A stretch of DNA of 64,000 nucleotides from a virus. Its lineage: Duplodnaviria > Caudoviricetes. Position 1 is the first letter of the stretch; each line of letters begins with the position of its first letter. The position numbers and the translations under genes are program-made. Below the pieces are notes generated by a model that saw only the letters and a program-made list of their open reading frames with translations, ran no database searches and was not told where the DNA came from. Where the stretch lies: IMG/VR virus record IMGVR_UViG_3300030420_000007, positions 358 through 64,357 of that record, one strand, 5' to 3'. Below are positions 1-8,371 of the stretch, piece by piece.

Positions 1-698
1 GCTCGGATGATCAGAGGGTCAGGGAGCCCGGCTTCGCGGAACCCTTCGGCGCGGAGCAGGGTGGCATGATCATGGCCCACCGGTGGGTACTGCCCATCGT
101 AGGCCGTGTGGGTGAAGGCCAGCAAGGGGTAGGAGCCCTGCTGATACATCTCGACGATGGCCTGCGCCTTGGTCTTCCGGATCAGCGGGGTGTCGATGAT
201 CAGAGGCATCACGGTCACACCACGGCCCAGGGCTGCGTTAATAGCGGCCTGCTGGATCAGAATGAAGTCGAGGCGGCAGTCCGGGTAGTTGGCGTTGTCC
301 TGCTCACAGACGCCGGTGACCATGTGATCGGCCTCCAGGCACACGGCCCGGTTGGCAGCGATGGTCAGGAACAGGGCATTGCGCATGGGCACGAAGGTCT
401 TCTCGATCCGGGAGCCGATGACCTCGTCCATCTGCTTGTAGTCCTGGTACTGCTCCAGGACCACTTCCTTGTTGGTCAAGGGGCTGGTGCCTTGCAGGAT
501 GCCATCACCCAGGTTGATGATCTCGTGGTTGGTGACTCCCATCAGCTTGGCCACGGCCTTGGCGGCCTCGATCTCGCGCGCATGGCGCTGGCCGTAGTTG
601 AAGGTGATGGCGGCCACTTCATCGTAGAGTTTGACGGCCCAGGCAAGGCAGTAGGTTGAGTCCTGGCCGCCGGAGAGAATGACAAGTGCTTTATTCAT
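1..698 (-). CDS. queC: 7-cyano-7-deazaguanine synthase QueC (3' end runs off the window; absent from the ORF track)
   Basis: Manual translation from ATG at 698 (RBS AGGAG): MNKALVILSGGQDSTYCLAWA...ITFNYGQRH..EIEAA...TFVPMRNALFL...GVCEQDNANYPDCR..., i.e. the SGGxDS, YGQRH, VPxRN and YPDC motifs; frame open to the window edge. Confidence 0.93.
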   Translation of the reverse strand, partial: MNKALVILSGGQDSTYCLAWAVKLYDEVAAITFNYGQRHAREIEAAKAVAKLMGVTNHEIINLGDGILQGTSPLTNKEVVLEQYQDYKQMDEVIGSRIEKTFVPMRNALFLTIAANRAVCLEADHMVTGVCEQDNANYPDCRLDFILIQQAAINAALGRGVTVMPLIIDTPLIRKTKAQAIVEMYQQGSYPLLAFTHTAYDGQYPPVGHDHATLLRAEGFREAGLPDPLIIR

Positions 699-726
699 GA
701 GGAACTCCTGTTTGAAAGGGGAAAAG

Positions 727-766
727 AAAAAAGGCCCCGGTAGAGATATACCAGGGCCTTTTTATT
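727..766 (-). terminator. Rho-independent terminator (possibly bidirectional)
   Basis: AAAAAAGGCCCCGGTA-N6-TACCAGGGCCTTTTT; fully paired on the minus strand with one G-U, followed by a U-rich tract; lies just after the 786-1757 gene. Confidence 0.7.
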
Positions 767-785
767 GCTTTAGGCCGGGATCAGA

Positions 786-1757
786 TCACAGCTTGAGCAT
801 CTTGCGTTCTTTGAGCACGTCGAGGAACTTGTGGCAGTCCTTGAAGTTGAGGCTCAGGGTGTTATCGCGGAACTCCAGGCCTTCCTTCTTGAGCAGCTTG
901 GCAATCGCCGCTTCATCGGCGCTGGGGTTGTCAGCGATCAGCTCCTTGATGCGAGTGCCGATGCTGATGCCGGGGTTGCTGCTGCGCTTGCTCTCGCCAG
1001 CGTCCTTACCCTTGGACTCGGTCTCGGCCGAAGCACCACGGCGGGTCGACTTGGGTTCGTCCTTGGCGGCCCCCTTGACCGGCTTGATGGACTCGACGCG
1101 CTCGCGGGCGAACTCTTCTTCCTTGCCGCTGACGTCGAGAACGATGACCTCGTCATCCAGCTCGACGATCTTGCCCGTGACTTCCTTGCCACGCTTGGTC
1201 GTGACGGTGACTTCGGCCCCCACCTTGACGGGATCGCCAGCGGGTTCACCATCATCGTCGCCGGACTTGCGGCGGCCGGAGGACTTGGCTTCAGCCAGGG
1301 TGGTCATCTTGGCGATGCGTTCGAAGTCGAACTCGACTTCATCGCCGTTGCCCAGCTTGATGGCCACCAGGCTCTTGGTCACTTCAATCACGTGGCCCGA
1401 CTCTTCCTTGCCGCGCTTGGTCGTGATGGTGACGGGCATGCCATCCTTGAGGTCCTTGGTCGTGATTTCGATGACCCCCGACGTGGTCTCACCAGCCGGC
1501 TCCTCGGCGCCACGGCGGCGGGTCGACTTGGGCTCTTCCTCGGCCTCGACGAGATCGGGGATTTCCTTCTTGGCGTTCTTGGCGTCGGCCGCGTTGTTGT
1601 ACCAGTCCTGAGCATCCTTGCTCAAGGAGTCCCAGTCTTTGTCGGCCAGTTCGGCCACAGCGACCACCAGGCGGTTCAGGAAGGCTTGGCGGTCCTCGCC
1701 ACGTTTGGTCGACAGTTCGGTCACTTCGACCAGTTCTTTTTGGATTGCAGCACTCAT
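786..1757 (-). CDS. Lys/Glu-rich protein with two tandem Sm/SH3-like beta domains and a C-terminal helical (wHTH-like) domain
   Basis: 323 aa ORF, phage-typical codon use; duplicated units VTITTKRGKEESGHVIEV..VAIKLG...EVEFDFERI and VTVTTKRGKEVTGKIVELDDEVIVLDV...EEFARERV; duplicated linker EPKSTRR. Confidence 0.8.
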   Translation of the reverse strand: MSAAIQKELVEVTELSTKRGEDRQAFLNRLVVAVAELADKDWDSLSKDAQDWYNNAADAKNAKKEIPDLVEAEEEPKSTRRRGAEEPAGETTSGVIEITTKDLKDGMPVTITTKRGKEESGHVIEVTKSLVAIKLGNGDEVEFDFERIAKMTTLAEAKSSGRRKSGDDDGEPAGDPVKVGAEVTVTTKRGKEVTGKIVELDDEVIVLDVSGKEEEFARERVESIKPVKGAAKDEPKSTRRGASAETESKGKDAGESKRSSNPGISIGTRIKELIADNPSADEAAIAKLLKKEGLEFRDNTLSLNFKDCHKFLDVLKERKMLKL

Positions 1758-1804
1758 TTGGATTGACTCCGGTTGGTTAATAAAGCATGTAGCCGGTACG
1801 GCTG

Positions 1805-1835
1805 GGAAATTATACGGGGGCTCCGTAAATTGCTA
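1805..1835 (-). promoter_or_regulatory. Putative promoter (-10 TATAAT at 1814-1809) inside a small inverted repeat
   Basis: Minus strand CCGTATAATT upstream of the 1757 start; plus strand AATTATACGG-GGGCT-CCGTAAATT is an imperfect inverted repeat; no clear -35. Confidence 0.4.
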
Positions 1836-2384
1836 GCGTTTAGGGTTAAGGTACTCCTCCGTGAGTTTGAGGACGTCGAGGTCTGGTGGCAGACCCAACA
1901 TCTGGTTAATCTTCCTACTGCCACCCGTCTTGCATCGCTTGTCCCGTCCGTTCCAAGAACCCAGGGCCACTTCAATGATCTCCTGTGGCGCAGATAGGAA
2001 GAGGTTGAGGACCATGTTGACTTCGCGCGGGGCCTCACGCAGGAGAACGGCGAGGTACCCATCGTTGTCAAGAGCCCCCACCGGCTCAAGCTCTACGTAG
2101 TCATCATCAATGCGGACCCTTGGCATCTCCGTGATGATCCTGCTGGCCGTGTCTGCGTTGGCGAAGTCGGTAAATTGGCGGCTCCACGCAGTCTTGAAGA
2201 GGGCCATGAAATGCTTGGCCGTATCAATCTCCGGGTACTTGCGCTGGCACCGCAGGAAGACCAAGTAGGCCTCCTGCATCACGTCATCCCGTCCCATGGT
2301 CCCAGCTACGCGCCAGTACTGGGTTTTAAGCTGGTTGACCACCCAGCCCTCGATTGGACCCTTGAACTCAGGCTTGTAGGACAT
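1833..2384 (-). CDS. Sigma-70/ECF region-2-like transcription factor
   Basis: DDVMQEAYLVFLRCQRKY...HFMALFKTAW resembles sigma region 2; start taken at MSYKPEF (ATG 2384, GGAGG upstream). Confidence 0.55.
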   Translation of the reverse strand: MSYKPEFKGPIEGWVVNQLKTQYWRVAGTMGRDDVMQEAYLVFLRCQRKYPEIDTAKHFMALFKTAWSRQFTDFANADTASRIITEMPRVRIDDDYVELEPVGALDNDGYLAVLLREAPREVNMVLNLFLSAPQEIIEVALGSWNGRDKRCKTGGSRKINQMLGLPPDLDVLKLTEEYLNPKR

Positions 2385-2745
2385 TGCGCCTCCGGATCGG
2401 CAGGGGTTGCTCATCGGCCACCAGGAGCTTGCGTCGGGTCGGGGGCGGGGGCTCAGGCTGGCCAGGACCGTCTAGGAGCAGTTTTTTCCGGCCGCCCGGG
2501 GGTTGGGCCCTGTACGGGGCTCCGCCCGCCCTGACATCGACGATTAGCTGTCTGATGTTGATGCGAAAGGGATCGCCAGCCACCGGGGCAATCCACTTGT
2601 CGGTGCCATCCGAGACCCCGACTGCGTCGTCATGCCCGGGCACCGCATAGACCTTGACCTGACGGTTACGGTAGGGGTCGAAGACCTCGGCCAGCAGCTT
2701 GCACGCGGCGAAGTCATTGTTGAAGTAGGTGTTGAATCTGTTCAT
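2368..2745 (-). CDS. Hypothetical protein with Pro/Arg-rich tail
   Basis: 125 aa ORF with RBS AGGAG; tail repeats RKKLL, RRKLL, RRRNVL. Confidence 0.7.
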   Translation of the reverse strand: MNRFNTYFNNDFAACKLLAEVFDPYRNRQVKVYAVPGHDDAVGVSDGTDKWIAPVAGDPFRINIRQLIVDVRAGGAPYRAQPPGGRKKLLLDGPGQPEPPPPTRRKLLVADEQPLPIRRRNVLQA

Positions 2746-2757
2746 GGTGGCTCCTTG

Positions 2758-3777
2758 TTATAAATTTCGGGCCCAGTTGATGACCTCAGCCGGGGTTAAA
2801 TCGCCAGCGTCCTTAGCCCCGAAGGGGACCGCAGACACTGAGATGTTGGGAAGGAAGTGCAGCGCCTGCTTCATCCTGATCGAGTCGATGATGCCAAGCT
2901 GAGTTGCGTTGTCGAGCATCACAATGACCTGGTCGAAGGCCTCGCTCGCCCCTTGCAACAGAAATGACTGGACTTCCTTGATGCTGTTGGTTGATAGACC
3001 CACGGCTCTGACGCCGAATCGCTTGCCGTAGAAATCGAGCTTGAGGACATCTAAGGGGCCTTCAACCAGGACCAGGGCTTTGCCTCCGGCTGCGATGCAA
3101 TCGAAGTTGAACAGGGTCTCTTTTGGTGGCAGGATCGAATCGTCGATGCTCAGGTCTTTGTACCTGATGGTCGCCGGTCCGATGGCGCGGGCTGTCCAGG
3201 TGACCAGCTTGTGGTCCTGGAAGTAAGGGATGATGATCCGATCAGACCAATACCCGATCACGCCGGCCATCAGGCCATACTCATCAGCCAGGGCTCCCGG
3301 GTCGCTCTCACGCCGATTGAAGCCCCTGGCGGCGTAGAGGTAGTTCCAATGCTTACGGGTTCTTGACTTGTCCGAGATGAGCTGGAAATCAGGGTCGAGC
3401 GTAAGGAAGCGCCGATCCTGGGTCCCAGGTCTGGCGGTCTCTTGATTGCCGCGCCCCAGGATCCGAGCAGCCACCGCATCGAATCCCTCAGGATCAACGT
3501 AATCCTCGCCCAGGCCTGCGATCTGACGTGCCCGGTAGTACGGGACGTTGAGCAAACGCATGAGCAGGCGCAGCGGAGACTTGCCACTGTGCTCTGATCG
3601 ATTGCGCCAGCACGACCACCAGCCGGTCTCAAGGTTGAGTCCCATGTGCTTGCTGGGGTCAGCCGACCCACAGAAGGGGCACTGGATGGCCAGCTCGCCG
3701 CGCTTGACGTTGGCCCCGCTCTCAATAAAGGCGATGTGATGATCCTGGAGGATCTCGCGCCAGTTGATGGTCCTCAT
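2758..3777 (-). CDS. DNA primase (Zn finger + TOPRIM)
   Basis: N-terminal CPFC...H..CW.C zinc ribbon; RIIIPY; LVEGPLDV and MLDN TOPRIM motifs. Confidence 0.85.
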   Translation of the reverse strand: MRTINWREILQDHHIAFIESGANVKRGELAIQCPFCGSADPSKHMGLNLETGWWSCWRNRSEHSGKSPLRLLMRLLNVPYYRARQIAGLGEDYVDPEGFDAVAARILGRGNQETARPGTQDRRFLTLDPDFQLISDKSRTRKHWNYLYAARGFNRRESDPGALADEYGLMAGVIGYWSDRIIIPYFQDHKLVTWTARAIGPATIRYKDLSIDDSILPPKETLFNFDCIAAGGKALVLVEGPLDVLKLDFYGKRFGVRAVGLSTNSIKEVQSFLLQGASEAFDQVIVMLDNATQLGIIDSIRMKQALHFLPNISVSAVPFGAKDAGDLTPAEVINWARNL

Positions 3778-3785
3778 GACCCAGC

Positions 3786-3947
3786 TCAGACGAAGCTGAC
3801 TGAAACCTGCTTGCGGCCTTCGATGAGGAGCTGGCGCATCCGGTAGGTTGCGAGGCTCCAGGTGTGGTGCTCTTCAGCTTGCTTGACTCCCGAGTCGTCG
3901 TACCAGGTGACGACGTAGGGTCCAGTGTTGGGGTTCCTGACTTGCAT
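3786..3947 (-). CDS. Small hypothetical protein (53 aa, MQVRNPNTGPYVVTW...)
   Basis: Manual translation; strong RBS AGGAGA and an upstream TATAAT; preferred over the overlapping track ORF 3722-4012. Confidence 0.6.
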   Translation of the reverse strand: MQVRNPNTGPYVVTWYDDSGVKQAEEHHTWSLATYRMRQLLIEGRKQVSVSFV

Positions 3948-3994
3948 GGTGATCTCCTGTGGGTTGGGAACGGTGGAACGATGACGCTGATGGC

Positions 3995-4003
3995 ATTATA
4001 TAA
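3995..4003 (-). promoter_or_regulatory. Putative -10 element (TTATATAAT)
   Basis: Minus strand GTTATATAATG upstream of the 3947 start; same motif at 11470 and 13292. Confidence 0.4.
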
Positions 4004-4008
4004 CGACT

Positions 4009-5580
4009 TCACTCCCTGAGAAAGAAATTTTTAGAGAGGCTGGTCCTGGCGTTCACTACCTTTTCGTACAGATCAATCCCCGCCTGGATGTCTTCGAGGA
4101 TGCCCCTGTCAAGACTCCGCCGCATGACCAGGTCGTAGATGAACGTCCGCTCGCGCTGGCCAGGCCGGTCAATCCGCTTGAGAGTCTGCTTGCGGGTGAT
4201 CGGCGGCGTCGGAGATTCGTAGAAGACCAGGTAGCGCGCGACCTTCTGGAGGCCATCAGTGCCCGTGCCTCCGGCCTCGCTGTTCATGAGAAACACCCGG
4301 CACTTGGGATCCTCCATGAATCTGCGCTTGCTGGCCGGCTTGTCTTTGGTGCCACCGTAGAACCACTCGAAGGGGATCCCCGATGCCTTGAGCCTGGCGG
4401 CGATCAGCTTGGCAGTCTCCGTGTAGTCGTATGCCACGATAACCTTGGAGTCACCCATCCCGTCAAGCAATGATTCGAGGAGGTCAAGCTTCGGATTGTG
4501 CTTGAAGGGCAGCACGTGATGGCCATGATCATCCTTCCAAGCAAGGTAGCCGCTTACGATCTGCCGCATGCGGAGCCAGGCTGCGTCAAGCTCGCCCAGT
4601 TTGCCATTAGCGTTGATGAGCCCTTCGAGAGCCCGCATGTAGTGCTCGCGCTGCTCGGCTCCCATCTCACAAGTCCTAACACGCATGGCGCGCTTGGGGA
4701 CATCGACCTCGGGTACCTCGTCCTCGTCATAGCGGATGCTGCGGTGCTGGAGCATCCGATGAAGCTGGCGATCCATCTTGGGATCGAAGGTAAAGGTCTG
4801 CCCCTTCCAGGGATTCATCTTGACCTGAAAAAGGCTCTTGCGGAAGATGCCCAGATTCTCACCAAAGGTTTCGCCACGGTCGACGAGGTAGAACTGTGAC
4901 CAAATATTTTCGACATCCGAGCCGAAGAGCGTACCCGTGGTGGCGTAGCAGAACTCGGCCTGCTTGGTGATCTGGTTAATGATGCTGAACCAGAGGTTGT
5001 CATGGTTGCTCAGCTTGTGACTCTCGTCGATGCCGATGAAGTTATATTGCTGCTGCACCCTCCGGATCAGCTTGTCGTCTTTGACCAGGCGTTGCTTACC
5101 CTTGAACTTCTCCTTCTTGCTCAGAGCGAGGTGGAGGCCGGCGTAATCGATCAGGGTAACGTCACCCTTGGGGTTTAGGAGCCGCTCACGCTTCTCCTCA
5201 ATATCCGAGACCCCGCAACTCCACGGCTCAAGGTCTGAGTGGACGGCAAGGTCTTGCTCCCAACTATCGATGTTGATGAGCCTGGGGACGAAGATCAGAG
5301 CCCCTTCGAGCTTGCGTTCTCTTTGGCGCTGCCTGATCAGGTCTGACAGGATCTTGGTCTTACCCAACCCCATGTCCAGAAGGAAGAGGAAGCGCGGCTG
5401 GCAGAGCCCGATGTAAAAGCAAACGAGCTGGTGCAGCCAGGGGTTGGTTTTGAACTCAGGCTTGACTCGAAACTGCCGAAGCTCCTCCAGGATGGTCTCA
5501 CGGGGGAGCCGCTTCATCCAAGCGAAGCTGTCGAAGTCTCGGTTGAGGTAGACCCGGACTGCCTGACGTGAGATCAGCAT
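4009..5580 (-). CDS. SNF2/SF2-family helicase
   Basis: LDMGLGKT (Walker A), GIDESH (Walker B), ATTGT (motif III), GGTGTDGLQ, QTLKRIDRPGQ (motif VI). Confidence 0.9.
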   Translation of the reverse strand: MLISRQAVRVYLNRDFDSFAWMKRLPRETILEELRQFRVKPEFKTNPWLHQLVCFYIGLCQPRFLFLLDMGLGKTKILSDLIRQRQRERKLEGALIFVPRLINIDSWEQDLAVHSDLEPWSCGVSDIEEKRERLLNPKGDVTLIDYAGLHLALSKKEKFKGKQRLVKDDKLIRRVQQQYNFIGIDESHKLSNHDNLWFSIINQITKQAEFCYATTGTLFGSDVENIWSQFYLVDRGETFGENLGIFRKSLFQVKMNPWKGQTFTFDPKMDRQLHRMLQHRSIRYDEDEVPEVDVPKRAMRVRTCEMGAEQREHYMRALEGLINANGKLGELDAAWLRMRQIVSGYLAWKDDHGHHVLPFKHNPKLDLLESLLDGMGDSKVIVAYDYTETAKLIAARLKASGIPFEWFYGGTKDKPASKRRFMEDPKCRVFLMNSEAGGTGTDGLQKVARYLVFYESPTPPITRKQTLKRIDRPGQRERTFIYDLVMRRSLDRGILEDIQAGIDLYEKVVNARTSLSKNFFLRE

Positions 5581-6218
5581 GGACTTGAGGACGCAGGCAC
5601 TGCCTGTAGGGGTGGGGATGCGTAGAGCTTCGTTCCTAATGGCAGCGTCACGGGATCGCCATTGAGCTTTAGCAACCCACTAAAGCCAACCATCACCACC
5701 GGCTCCCCGCCCTTGCTCTGTTCCGACTCCGCCAGCACCTCCAGAATCTTGCCATCTTCGTCCTGCCGCGTGACGGCTACGATCTGGCCTGATTCGTTCT
5801 TGGTGATGACGACCTCGCCCCCGGGCTGCTTGGCTAGTGCAATTTCAAAGGCCTTGGCAACCTCTCTGCCGATAAGCGGCGTGCCAATGCGCCACCGATC
5901 CGGGCTATTTTTTGCTAGTGCAACCCAGCTATCCTCAGGCGGTCCGCTCATCCACTCAGATGCTGGTAGCCATACCGAACCTTCCTTTTTCATCAACCTG
6001 CGCAGCTCGACCGGCTCCACGCCCCGCTCGGCGAACTCTTCGATACCGTTTGCAATTCTGGCGTCGAGCCGCAGGAACTCGATCACTGCCGGATGTGATG
6101 CCAGCTTGGCGATGATGGCTTGCTCAACGGCGCGGGCAAATTGCAATGTTTGCCCGGGTTTCCCATCGCCTAGTCTGTAAATTTCCGCTTCCGTCAGCAA
6201 AGTCTCAGGCTTGTTCAT
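5574..6218 (-). CDS. Hypothetical protein (cassette array)
   Basis: Starts MNKPETLLTE after the repeated AGGAGCAACCA leader. Confidence 0.65.
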   Translation of the reverse strand: MNKPETLLTEAEIYRLGDGKPGQTLQFARAVEQAIIAKLASHPAVIEFLRLDARIANGIEEFAERGVEPVELRRLMKKEGSVWLPASEWMSGPPEDSWVALAKNSPDRWRIGTPLIGREVAKAFEIALAKQPGGEVVITKNESGQIVAVTRQDEDGKILEVLAESEQSKGGEPVVMVGFSGLLKLNGDPVTLPLGTKLYASPPLQAVPASSSPC

Positions 6219-6229
6219 TGGTTGCTCCT
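6191..6229. repeat. 39-bp leader/5'-coding direct repeat, copy 1 (copy 2 at 7760-7798; partial copies 6442-6459 and 8064-8093)
   Basis: CCGTCAGCAAAGTCTCA[GG/AT]CTTGTTCATTGGTTGCTCCT, 37/39 identical between copies 1 and 2. Confidence 0.9.
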
Positions 6230-6447
6230 TTGCGGCGCTTCCACTCGTATACCAGCGCGAAGCCGATACCATCTCGGCGCACCACCAACCTGTGGGCTGA
6301 CCTCGCTGCTTCTATTTGGGATGCAGTCATTTCCGAGGTACAGACAATCGCGCTGCCGGGATGGTCTGGTAACTTTCCGGCAAGTAGGGACAGCCCCGCG
6401 CCGACTGCGGTTTCATCAAGGATGACGTCTATCAGTTCTTCGTTCAT
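6205..6447 (-). CDS. Hypothetical protein (cassette array; start could be 6519)
   Basis: MNEELIDVIL... after the same AAGGAGCAACCA leader. Confidence 0.55.
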   Translation of the reverse strand: MNEELIDVILDETAVGAGLSLLAGKLPDHPGSAIVCTSEMTASQIEAARSAHRLVVRRDGIGFALVYEWKRRKGATNEQA

Positions 6448-6515
6448 TGGTTGCTCCTTCACCGTTCGCGCTGTCCCAACGTGGCGGTCTTCTCCGCGCA
6501 GGTATCTGCCTACGT

Positions 6516-7157
6516 TCATTTCCCGCTCTCCTTCATGGCTGCGCTGGTGATTTTGTAGACAGCTTCGGCACTACCGGCGCTGTCTTTTGCCGCGAGTAGC
6601 GCCTTCTCCAACTGCTCCACCCGTGCCTGCAACTCTGCTGCCTGCCCATCGAGCGAGAGATAGCACAGGGCTTGCTCTTGAATCTTGGCCTGCAACTCTT
6701 TGACAAGCTGCTGATGCTCACGGATAGAGTCGTATGCACCTTCGAGCTTTGCCTGCATCTGCTCTAGCTTCGGTTCAGACATTGACGGTACGCCATAATC
6801 TGGTAAGTATTTGATCCACGCCTGTTCAAACGCTTCCTGTCCAAGGCAGGCGGCTTGCAGCACGTTGCGTAACGAGTGGATCTCACGGCGGCCTTGATCG
6901 TTCTGCGCCTGCATGATGGCGATGGCTTCGCGGGACTCTTCGGCAAGACACAGCCGCGTCCCGCTCAGTCCCTTCCAAGACTTCGGCATCACCACCGACC
7001 CTGCGGCCAGTTGCTTGATGACTTGCTTCTCCACTAGTTCGGCAAATTTCGAGAACGCCTTTTCCTGCTCTTTGAATGCTACGGCTACAAAATCAGGGGC
7101 TGCGAACTCGGCCCACGCTTTCTCAGCCAGCGCCACGGCTTGTTTTGTTGTGATCAT
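6516..7157 (-). CDS. Hypothetical coiled-coil protein
   Basis: MITTKQAVALAEKAW..., heptad-rich C-terminus, RBS CAGGAG. Confidence 0.65.
   Translation of the reverse strand: MITTKQAVALAEKAWAEFAAPDFVAVAFKEQEKAFSKFAELVEKQVIKQLAAGSVVMPKSWKGLSGTRLCLAEESREAIAIMQAQNDQGRREIHSLRNVLQAACLGQEAFEQAWIKYLPDYGVPSMSEPKLEQMQAKLEGAYDSIREHQQLVKELQAKIQEQALCYLSLDGQAAELQARVEQLEKALLAAKDSAGSAEAVYKITSAAMKESGK
7120..7141. repeat. 22-bp direct repeat (second copy 7320-7341)
   Basis: TTCTCAGCCAGCGCCACGGCTT exact in both, encoding the AVALAEK segment at the N-termini of two adjacent genes. Confidence 0.9.
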
Positions 7158-7366
7158 TTCAGGCTCCTGATTTCCGCTGCACTCAAGCCGCCGCGCTGGT
7201 CTGCAATCTTCTCCAGTTGCTCGATGATCTGCTGGCGGTGGTCGGCAAGTGCGCCCAAGAACCATTGAGCGTCTGCGTGGCCCAAAAGCAGGGCTGAGCG
7301 CAAGCCGTGCTGACCATGCTTCTCAGCCAGCGCCACGGCTTTCTGTTCGGGAGTGGGGTTAGTCAT
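7154..7366 (-). CDS. Small hypothetical protein
   Basis: MTNPTPEQKAVALAEKHG...; coupled overlaps with both neighbours. Confidence 0.55.
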   Translation of the reverse strand: MTNPTPEQKAVALAEKHGQHGLRSALLLGHADAQWFLGALADHRQQIIEQLEKIADQRGGLSAAEIRSLK

Positions 7367-7787
7367 GTTTCTGCTCCCATCCGGGAATGTTGTGCGAGAT
7401 GCGCAAGTGCGCGTCGCTAGTGTGATCTTCGTACCATTGAACCGCCTCACGCGCTGCTTCATAGAAGTCCGCATCGCCCACTTCAAAATCCCGCATGGTG
7501 TGCGGATCAAAGCCGGTTTGCCTTTCGTACAGAAGGCACCAGTCCCATTGCTCTGGCGTGTACTTGCTGCGGTCAAAGCCTTCTAGATATTGGGGCTTCT
7601 TTGCTTTGCTCACGATGCGCTCCCCCTTGCTGGCTGCGATTGCGGCGCGGACGGCGGTGCATAACTCGTTGTAGCTAATGCGATTCTTTTCAGCAAAAGC
7701 ATGTAGAACTGCGTAGTCGAGCTGTTTCTCCGCAGCCACAAGCAGGCTTTCCTGCTCATCCGTCAGCAAAGTCTCAATCTTGTTCAT
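7359..7787 (-). CDS. Hypothetical protein (cassette array)
   Basis: Starts MNKIETLLTD after the repeated leader. Confidence 0.65.
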   Translation of the reverse strand: MNKIETLLTDEQESLLVAAEKQLDYAVLHAFAEKNRISYNELCTAVRAAIAASKGERIVSKAKKPQYLEGFDRSKYTPEQWDWCLLYERQTGFDPHTMRDFEVGDADFYEAAREAVQWYEDHTSDAHLRISHNIPGWEQKHD

Positions 7788-7798
7788 TGGTTGCTCCT
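7760..7798. repeat. 39-bp leader repeat, copy 2
   Basis: See copy 1 at 6191-6229. Confidence 0.9.
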
Positions 7799-8081
7799 AG
7801 CAAGGGGTAAATACGCCATCGGTTAGATACCCGTGCCATCCGCAGGGCCTGTGCAGAATAGATGGGCTCAGCGTAGGTGAATCGGTCGGGCCGGTCAGCA
7901 CCCACCCATGGGTGCCGTTGTCGATATTCAACCAGTCTTCTTGACCGCACCTTGGACATCGGTAGGCATAGCCTCCCGGCGATCCATCAGGAAAGGTCCG
8001 GAACTCAATGTCCCCTGGCTGCGCGTCTGTCGAGCGAATGTCGGTCACAACGCGAGCTTTCGCAGTCTCAGTCTTGTTCAT
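7797..8081 (-). CDS. Small Zn-binding protein, DUF6527-like
   Basis: CPRCG...PTLSPSILHRPCGWHGYLTDG...C pattern. Confidence 0.65.
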   Translation of the reverse strand: MNKTETAKARVVTDIRSTDAQPGDIEFRTFPDGSPGGYAYRCPRCGQEDWLNIDNGTHGWVLTGPTDSPTLSPSILHRPCGWHGYLTDGVFTPC

Positions 8082-8328
8082 TGGGTACTCCTTCGCTGAT
8101 CTGATTCATTGCGTCAAGGTAGCCCTCGCCGTAACCAGCCACGAATGCGTGCTGCTCCTTCGTCATATTCTTTCCGTCAGCGCGGGTGGATACCATCGCC
8201 ATATGAAAGATGTTGTAGTTTGTCTCCAGCTGGACCCCGAAGCACTTCCTTGCGAATGCGGCGTTGAGCCGATCAGCGAAATTGTCATTGACGCGCAAGT
8301 AGCACGCCTCAATTTTGGTCTTTCTCAT
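8068..8328 (-). CDS. Hypothetical protein (86 aa, MRKTKIEACYL...)
   Basis: RBS AAGGAG upstream of ATG 8328; C-terminal part of track ORF 8068-8634. Confidence 0.6.
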   Translation of the reverse strand: MRKTKIEACYLRVNDNFADRLNAAFARKCFGVQLETNYNIFHMAMVSTRADGKNMTKEQHAFVAGYGEGYLDAMNQISEGVPNEQD

Positions 8329-8371
8329 GGACCGTTCTCCTTCATGGCGGGTTCGGTTGTGCTGGTCATGG

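Noticed and set aside
66-659. 197-aa plus-strand ORF at the window start
   Set aside because: Antisense shadow of queC, which has clear family motifs on the minus strand.
3722-4012. 96-aa track ORF between primase and helicase
   Set aside because: Low-complexity Ser/Thr/Pro translation; an alternative frame (3786-3947) has a strong RBS and promoter.
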